A DNA stretch of 52,850 bases from a virus (Duplodnaviria > Heunggongvirae > Uroviricota > Caudoviricetes). Position 1 is the first letter of the stretch; each line of letters opens with the position of its first letter. The DNA is taken from the IMG/VR virus record IMGVR_UViG_2713896799_000020; one strand, written 5' to 3'. The position numbers and the translations under genes are program-made. The notes below the pieces were generated by a model, which was given only the letters and a program-made list of their open reading frames with translations, made no database searches and had not been told where the DNA came from. Shown here piece after piece: positions 47,485-52,850 of this stretch.

Positions 47485-47703
47485 ATGCAGAAACGAGAAC
47501 CCGTCATCATCGCGCCAGACTATACCGATGATGAACTTTATGAGTGGATGCGCCAGAAAATTAATGCAGCGCAGGATCTGAAATGGGCTAATGAAGCCAG
47601 GGCTAAGCAGGCTGAAAATCTGTCCGCTCTGGAGCAGGATATCACCAATCTGGAAAAAGCAGCGGCATTAAGCATTGCCAGAATGATTACATACCCGCGT
47701 TAG
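47485..47703 (+). CDS. ydfC: YdfC (72 aa)
   Basis: track ORF MQKREPVIIAPDYTDDELYEWMRQKINAAQDLKWANEARAKQAENL. Confidence 0.8.
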   Translation: MQKREPVIIAPDYTDDELYEWMRQKINAAQDLKWANEARAKQAENLSALEQDITNLEKAAALSIARMITYPR

Positions 47704-48043
47704 TAGCTAATCAACAAAGCTAAGGTTAGTAATTAAGGAGTTCTCCACGGGTGAGGTGGAGTGCGTGCGCCGGACACGGGTGCGCATCCGGAACTGACAG
47801 TTTACTGAAAGGATATTTCCCTGAAAAGTCAGACCATAACGCGAAAGCGCACGGCGAGGTAGCTGGTTCATAGATAGCCTGTCGTTAAATTTTCGTCGAC
47901 CGTGCGCTTCCGGTTGTGGCAACCCGCGAAATGGCGCGGCGGTAAGTATGGCGGGGTTATTCCTTCCCCGTTGAGGACACCGGGTTGTCAGGTTGACCAT
48001 ACGCTTAAGTGACAACCCCGCTGCAACGCCCTCTGTTATCAAT

Positions 48044-48096
48044 TTTCTGGTGACGTTTGGCGGTATCAGTTTTACTCCGTGACTGCTCTGCCGCCC
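48044..48096 (+). ncRNA. dicF: DicF small regulatory RNA (53 nt) with intrinsic terminator
   Basis: sequence TTTCTGGTGACGTTTGGCGGTATCAGTTTTACTCCGTGACTGCTCTGCCGCCC followed by TTTTT matches DicF as recalled. Confidence 0.85.
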
Positions 48097-48270
48097 TTTT
48101 TAAAGTGAATTTTGTGATGTGGTGAATGCGGCTGAGCGCACGCGGAACAGTTAAAACCCAAAACAGTGTTATGGGTGGATTCTCTGTATCCGGCGTTAAT
48201 TGTTAACTGGTTAACGTCACCTGGAGGCACCAGGCACTGCATCACAAAATTCATTGTTGAGGACGCGATA

Positions 48271-48459
48271 ATGAAAACGTTATTACCAAACGTTAATACG
48301 TCTGAAGGTTGTTTTGAAATTGGTGTCACTATCAGTAACCCAGTATTTACTGAAGATGCCATTAACAAGAGAAAACAAGAACGGGAGCTATTAAATAAAA
48401 TATGCATTGTTTCAATGCTGGCTCGTTTACGTCTGATGCCAAAAGGATGTGCACAATGA
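48271..48459 (+). CDS. dicB: DicB cell-division inhibitor (62 aa)
   Basis: internal start MKTLLPNVNTSEGCFEIGVTISNPVFTEDAINKRKQERELLNKICIVSMLARLRLMPKGCAQ of track ORF 48166..48459. Confidence 0.9.
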   Translation: MKTLLPNVNTSEGCFEIGVTISNPVFTEDAINKRKQERELLNKICIVSMLARLRLMPKGCAQ

Positions 48460-48647
48460 ATTCAGCATTTGTGCTTGTTCTGACAGTTTTTCTTGTTTCC
48501 GGAGAGCCAGTTGATATTGCAGTCAGTGTTCACAGGACAATGCAGGAGTGTATGACTGCAGCAACCGAACAGAAAATTCCCGGTAACTGTTACCCGGTCG
48601 ATAAAGTTATTCACCAGGATAATATCGAAATCCCGGCAGGTCTTTAA
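48456..48647 (+). CDS. ydfD: YdfD (63 aa, membrane-associated lysis protein)
   Basis: internal start MNSAFVLVLTVFLVSGEPVDIAVSVH of track ORF 48402..48647; ATGA overlap with dicB stop. Confidence 0.85.
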   Translation: MNSAFVLVLTVFLVSGEPVDIAVSVHRTMQECMTAATEQKIPGNCYPVDKVIHQDNIEIPAGL

Positions 48648-48739
48648 AACAGTTCCGTAATAAATATCCGGTTTCATTCTTATATGCCAGCAATGGCAGG
48701 GATTTGTTCATCCTTAAATCTGTCATGAGGTTAAAACAA

Positions 48740-51211
48740 ATGAGTAAAGTCTTTATTTGCGCCGCTATTCCTGACGAACTGGCAACAAGGGAAGAAGGCG
48801 CTGTGGCTGTAGCCACAGCCATTGAAGCTGGCGACGAACGCCGTGCTCGAGCAAAATTTCACTGGCAATTCCTGGAACATTATCCGGCTGCTCAGGACTG
48901 CGCTTATAAATTTATTGTCTGCGAGGATAAACCTGGCATACCCCGCCCTGCCCTCGATTCATGGGATGCTGAATATATGCAGGAAAACCGCTGGGATGAG
49001 GAGTCTGCTTCTTTTGTCCCGGTTGAGACTGAATCCGATCCGATGAACGTCACTTTTGACAAGCTGGCCCCTGAAGTACAGAACGCTGTCATGGTTAAGT
49101 TCGACACATGTGAAAACATCACCGTTGATATGGTTATTAGCGCACAGGAATTGTTGCAGGAAGACATGGCAACATTCGACGGACATATCGTTGAAGCGTT
49201 GATGAAAATGCCAGAAGTTAACGCCATGTATCCGGAGCTTAAGTTGCACGCCATTGGGTGGGTTAAGCATAAATGTATTCCTGGTGCTAAATGGCCCGAA
49301 ATTCAGGCAGAGATGCGCATCTGGAAAAAACGTCGCGAAGGTGAACGCAAGGAAACCGGAAAATACACGTCTGTTGTTGATCTCGCCCGCGCCAGAGCCA
49401 ATCAACAGTACACTGAAAATTCAACAGGAAAAATCAGCCCGGTCATTGCTGCCATTCATCGCGAATACAAGCAGACATGGAAAACACTGGATGACGAACT
49501 GGCCTACGCTCTCTGGCCTAGTGATGTGGATGCCGGAAACATTGACGGCAGCATCCATCGCTGGGCAAAAAAAGAAGTTATCGACAACGACCGCGAAGAC
49601 TGGAAGCGTATCTCGGCATCAATGCGCAAACAGCCTGATGCCCTTCGCTACGACCGCCAAACTATTTTTGGCCTTGTCCGTGAGCGTCCGATCGACATTC
49701 ACAAAGATCCCGTAGCACTGAACAAATATATCTGCGAATACCTGACGACAAAGGGCGTGTTTGAGAATGAAGAAACAGACCTGGGCACTGTTGATGTTCT
49801 CCAGTCATCAGAAACACAAACTGATGCAGTGGAAACTGAGGTATCTGATATCCCAAAAAATGAAACCGCGCCGGAAGCTGAACCATCTGTAGAGCGTGAG
49901 GGGCCGTTCTATTTCCTCTTCGCAGATAAGGACGGAGAAAAATACGGTCGCGCAAACAAACTCTCTGGTCTGGATAAGGCACTGGCTGCTGGCGCCACTG
50001 AAATCACAAAAGAAGAATATTTTGCCCGAAAAAATGGCACATACACGGGCTTACCGCAAAATGTAGATACCGCTGAAGATTCAGAACAACCAGAGCCGAT
50101 AAAAGTTACCGCTGACGAAGTAAACAAAATTATGCAGGCAGCCAATATCAGCCAGCCTGACGCCGATAAGTTGCTTGCTGCATCACGTGGTGAATTTGTT
50201 GAAGGGATTAGTGACCCGAATGATCCGAAATGGGTTAAGGGGCTCCAGACCCGCGATTCTGTGAACCAGAACCAGCATGAATCGGAACGGAACTACCAAA
50301 AAGCGGAACAAAACAGTCCAAATGCGTTACAAAACGAGCCAGAAACGAAACAGCCTGAACCAGTAGCGCAACAGGAAGTGGAAAAAGTCTGCACCGCCTG
50401 CGGTCAGACCGGCGGCGGCAACTGCCCTGATTGTGGCGCGGTGATGGGCGACGCAACATACCAAGAAACATTCGATGAAGAGTATCAGGTTGAAGTTCAG
50501 GAAGATGATCCGGAGGAAATGGAAGGCGCTGAACATCCACACAAGGAGAACACTGGCGGCAATCAGCATCACAATAGCGATAATGAAACTGGCGAGACGG
50601 CAGATCACCCAATTAAGGTGAACGGTCATCACGAAATCACATCCACCAGCAGGACGTGTGACCATCTAATGATCGACCTTGAAACCATGGGAAAAAATCC
50701 TGATGCCCCGATCATCTCAATAGGTGCAATATTTTTCGATCCGCAAACCGGAGATATGGGACCGGAATTTAGTAAGACTATCGATCTGGAAACTGCTGGC
50801 GGAGTCATTGATCGGGACACCATTAAATGGTGGCTTAAGCAATCACGCGAAGCGCAATCTGCCATTATGACCGATGAAATCCCGTTAGATGATGCACTGT
50901 TACAATTGCGAGAATTTATCGACGAAAACTCCGGTGAATTTTTTGTTCAGGTTTGGGGAAATGGAGCCAACTTCGACAACACGATTTTGCGCCGTTCATA
51001 CGAACGGCAGGGGATCCCCTGCCCGTGGCGTTACTACAACGATCGCGATGTACGCACAATCGTTGAGCTGGGGAAAGCCATAGACTTCGATGCCAGAACG
51101 GCTATTCCATTCGAAGGTGAGCGCCATAATGCACTTGATGACGCCCGTTACCAGGCAAAATACGTTTCAGTTATCTGGCAAAAACTGATCCCGAGTCAGG
51201 CTGATTCTTAA
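48740..51211 (+). CDS. ydfE: full-length YdfE-like protein: RecE-like acidic zinc-ribbon linker with C-terminal DEDDh (DnaQ-like) 3'-5' exonuclease domain
   Basis: start MSKVFICAAIPDE within track ORF 48704..51211; CTACGQTGGGNCPDCG zinc ribbon; exonuclease motifs IDLETMG, WGNGANFD, HNALDDARY. Confidence 0.75.
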   Translation: MSKVFICAAIPDELATREEGAVAVATAIEAGDERRARAKFHWQFLEHYPAAQDCAYKFIVCEDKPGIPRPALDSWDAEYMQENRWDEESASFVPVETESDPMNVTFDKLAPEVQNAVMVKFDTCENITVDMVISAQELLQEDMATFDGHIVEALMKMPEVNAMYPELKLHAIGWVKHKCIPGAKWPEIQAEMRIWKKRREGERKETGKYTSVVDLARARANQQYTENSTGKISPVIAAIHREYKQTWKTLDDELAYALWPSDVDAGNIDGSIHRWAKKEVIDNDREDWKRISASMRKQPDALRYDRQTIFGLVRERPIDIHKDPVALNKYICEYLTTKGVFENEETDLGTVDVLQSSETQTDAVETEVSDIPKNETAPEAEPSVEREGPFYFLFADKDGEKYGRANKLSGLDKALAAGATEITKEEYFARKNGTYTGLPQNVDTAEDSEQPEPIKVTADEVNKIMQAANISQPDADKLLAASRGEFVEGISDPNDPKWVKGLQTRDSVNQNQHESERNYQKAEQNSPNALQNEPETKQPEPVAQQEVEKVCTACGQTGGGNCPDCGAVMGDATYQETFDEEYQVEVQEDDPEEMEGAEHPHKENTGGNQHHNSDNETGETADHPIKVNGHHEITSTSRTCDHLMIDLETMGKNPDAPIISIGAIFFDPQTGDMGPEFSKTIDLETAGGVIDRDTIKWWLKQSREAQSAIMTDEIPLDDALLQLREFIDENSGEFFVQVWGNGANFDNTILRRSYERQGIPCPWRYYNDRDVRTIVELGKAIDFDARTAIPFEGERHNALDDARYQAKYVSVIWQKLIPSQADS

Positions 51212-51283
51212 TGTTCAACTGTCGCCGGTTGTGACTGGTATTCTGCAACCGGCGCTCGTCTGATGTAAGAGATAAAGAAATCG

Positions 51284-51535
51284 ATGAGCGAAGTAATCAT
51301 GATTGTCTCTCCCGGCAAATGGGTATCCGAAGAGCAGTTAATTGCGCTGAAAGGAATAAAAAAAGGTACGTTAAAAAAGGCCCGGGAAAAATCGTTTATG
51401 GAAGGAAGGGAATATAAGCATGTCGCTCATGACGGTATGCCATGGGATAACAGTCCATGCTTTTACAACCTGGAAGAAATTGATCGCTGGATTGAGCGCC
51501 AGGCATCAGCGAGACCAAGACGTCATCTTACTTGA
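51284..51535 (+). CDS. putative excisionase/Xis-like small DNA-binding protein (83 aa)
   Basis: small basic ORF immediately upstream of the integrase on the same strand. Confidence 0.5.
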   Translation: MSEVIMIVSPGKWVSEEQLIALKGIKKGTLKKAREKSFMEGREYKHVAHDGMPWDNSPCFYNLEEIDRWIERQASARPRRHLT

Positions 51536-51569
51536 CTAAAAGCCACACTAACTAATGAGAGAAGTTGAA

Positions 51570-52850
51570 ATGAAATATCCGACAGGCGTGGAAAACCATG
51601 GAGGGAAATTACGTATCTGGTTTGTTTATAAAGACGTAAGAGTCAGGGAAAATCTGGGGGTTCCTGACACAGCAAAAAACAGGCGCGTTGCAGGTGAACT
51701 ACGCTCCTCTGTTTGTTACGCAATAAAAACTGGTGTTTTCGACTATGCAAAACAGTTTCCCTCCTCACGCAATCTGGAAAAATTTGGTGAGGCCCGACAA
51801 GATTTAACCATAAAAGAACTGGCTGAAAAATTTCTGGCACTGAAAGAAACTGAAGTCGCCAAAACATCACTCAACACATACCGTGCCGTCATCAAAAATA
51901 TCCTGAGCATAATCGGTGAAAAAAATCTTGCCTCATCGATTAATAAAGAAAAATTACTGGAGGTTCGTAAAGAGTTACTGACTGGATACCAGATCCCCAA
52001 AAGTAACTATATTGTTACACAACCAGGGAGATCGGCTGTAACTGTAAATAATTACATGACAAATCTTAACGCCGTGTTCCAGTTTGGTGTTGATAACGGT
52101 TACCTGGCAGATAATCCGTTTAAGGGGATCTCGCCATTAAAGGAATCAAGAACCATTCCGGATCCTCTTTCGCGGGAAGAATTTATCCGTCTTATCGATG
52201 CGTGCAGAAATCAGCAAGCAAAAAATTTATGGTGTGTTTCTGTTTATACTGGAGTTCGCCCTGGTGAGCTGTGTGCACTTGGATGGGAGGACATAGATCT
52301 GAAAAATGGAACAATGATGATCAGGAGAAATTTAGCAAAAGACCGTTTCACGGTACCAAAAACACAGGCGGGAACCAATCGGGTCATTCATCTTATTAAG
52401 CCAGCAATCGACGCTCTCCGGAGTCAGATGACATTAACGAGACTGAGCAAAGAGCATATCATTGATGTTCACCTCAGAGAGTATGGCAGAACAGAAAAAC
52501 AAAAATGCACCTTTGTTTTTCAACCTGAAGTGTCAGCGAGAGTAAAAAATTATGGTGACCATTTTACCGTTGACTCAATAAGGCAGATGTGGGACGCAGC
52601 GATAAAACGTGCCGGACTCCGCCATCGAAAATCATATCAGTCGAGACATACTTATGCCTGCTGGTCGCTGACAGCTGGTGCTAACCCGGCATTTATAGCA
52701 AACCAGATGGGCCATGCAGATGCGCAAATGGTATTTCAGGTATACGGAAAATGGATGTCTGAAAACAATAATGCACAGGTAGCTTTGTTAAATACACAGT
52801 TAAGCGAGTTTGCCCCAACCATGCCCCATAACGAAGCAATGAAAAATTAA
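51570..52850 (+). CDS. intQ: tyrosine recombinase, phage integrase (stop codon at window end)
   Basis: track ORF 51555..52850; C-terminal catalytic-domain residues (R...HxxR...Y) recognisable; terminal position in prophage. Confidence 0.9.
   Translation: MKYPTGVENHGGKLRIWFVYKDVRVRENLGVPDTAKNRRVAGELRSSVCYAIKTGVFDYAKQFPSSRNLEKFGEARQDLTIKELAEKFLALKETEVAKTSLNTYRAVIKNILSIIGEKNLASSINKEKLLEVRKELLTGYQIPKSNYIVTQPGRSAVTVNNYMTNLNAVFQFGVDNGYLADNPFKGISPLKESRTIPDPLSREEFIRLIDACRNQQAKNLWCVSVYTGVRPGELCALGWEDIDLKNGTMMIRRNLAKDRFTVPKTQAGTNRVIHLIKPAIDALRSQMTLTRLSKEHIIDVHLREYGRTEKQKCTFVFQPEVSARVKNYGDHFTVDSIRQMWDAAIKRAGLRHRKSYQSRHTYACWSLTAGANPAFIANQMGHADAQMVFQVYGKWMSENNNAQVALLNTQLSEFAPTMPHNEAMKN

Noticed and set aside
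47707-48042. 111-aa minus-strand ORF between ydfC and dicF
   Set aside because: Arg-rich low-complexity translation antisense to the dicF precursor region; the region is more plausibly structured RNA
48740-51211. Calling the 823-aa protein RecE (exonuclease VIII)
   Set aside because: Only the central linker/zinc-ribbon region resembles RecE; the C-terminal nuclease domain has DEDDh motifs rather than the RecE fold, and no recT follows

Overview
This window is almost entirely one lambdoid prophage integrated in the host MFS-transporter gene ydfJ (the Qin locus of E. coli), spanning ~1285 to beyond the window end at 52850. All identifications are from reading the supplied ORF translations and the sequence, compared against lambda and E. 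coli K-12 proteins from memory; no database search was run. Hand-derived coordinates (small ORFs, IS ends, terminators, cos, DicF) may be off by 1-2 bp; ORF-track coordinates are reliable. Layout, right to left on the minus strand: integrase and excisionase-like gene at the right end; the dicA/dicC switch with the ydfABC-dicF-dicB-ydfD-ydfE operon; a replication module with iterons inside the initiator gene; an accessory stretch (38.1-46.3 kb) with an IS66-family element, an IS481/ISNCY-like transposase element, a short methyltransferase-like ORF and a small membrane protein; relBE, hokD and rem; quuQ; a lysis cassette interleaved with cold-shock paralogs cspI/cspB/cspF; cos; a complete lambda-type head and tail module Nu1 to J; lom; a side tail fibre gene split by IS2; tfa; pin invertase; ydfK; and the 3' part of ydfJ. 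No rRNA, tRNA or CRISPR array was seen. I found no single clear-cut novel multi-gene system. The best candidates for unexplored biology are the full-length YdfE-like mosaic exonuclease, the coupled wHTH/methyltransferase-like pair, the structured RNA upstream of DicF, and several small membrane or zinc-ribbon ORFs.
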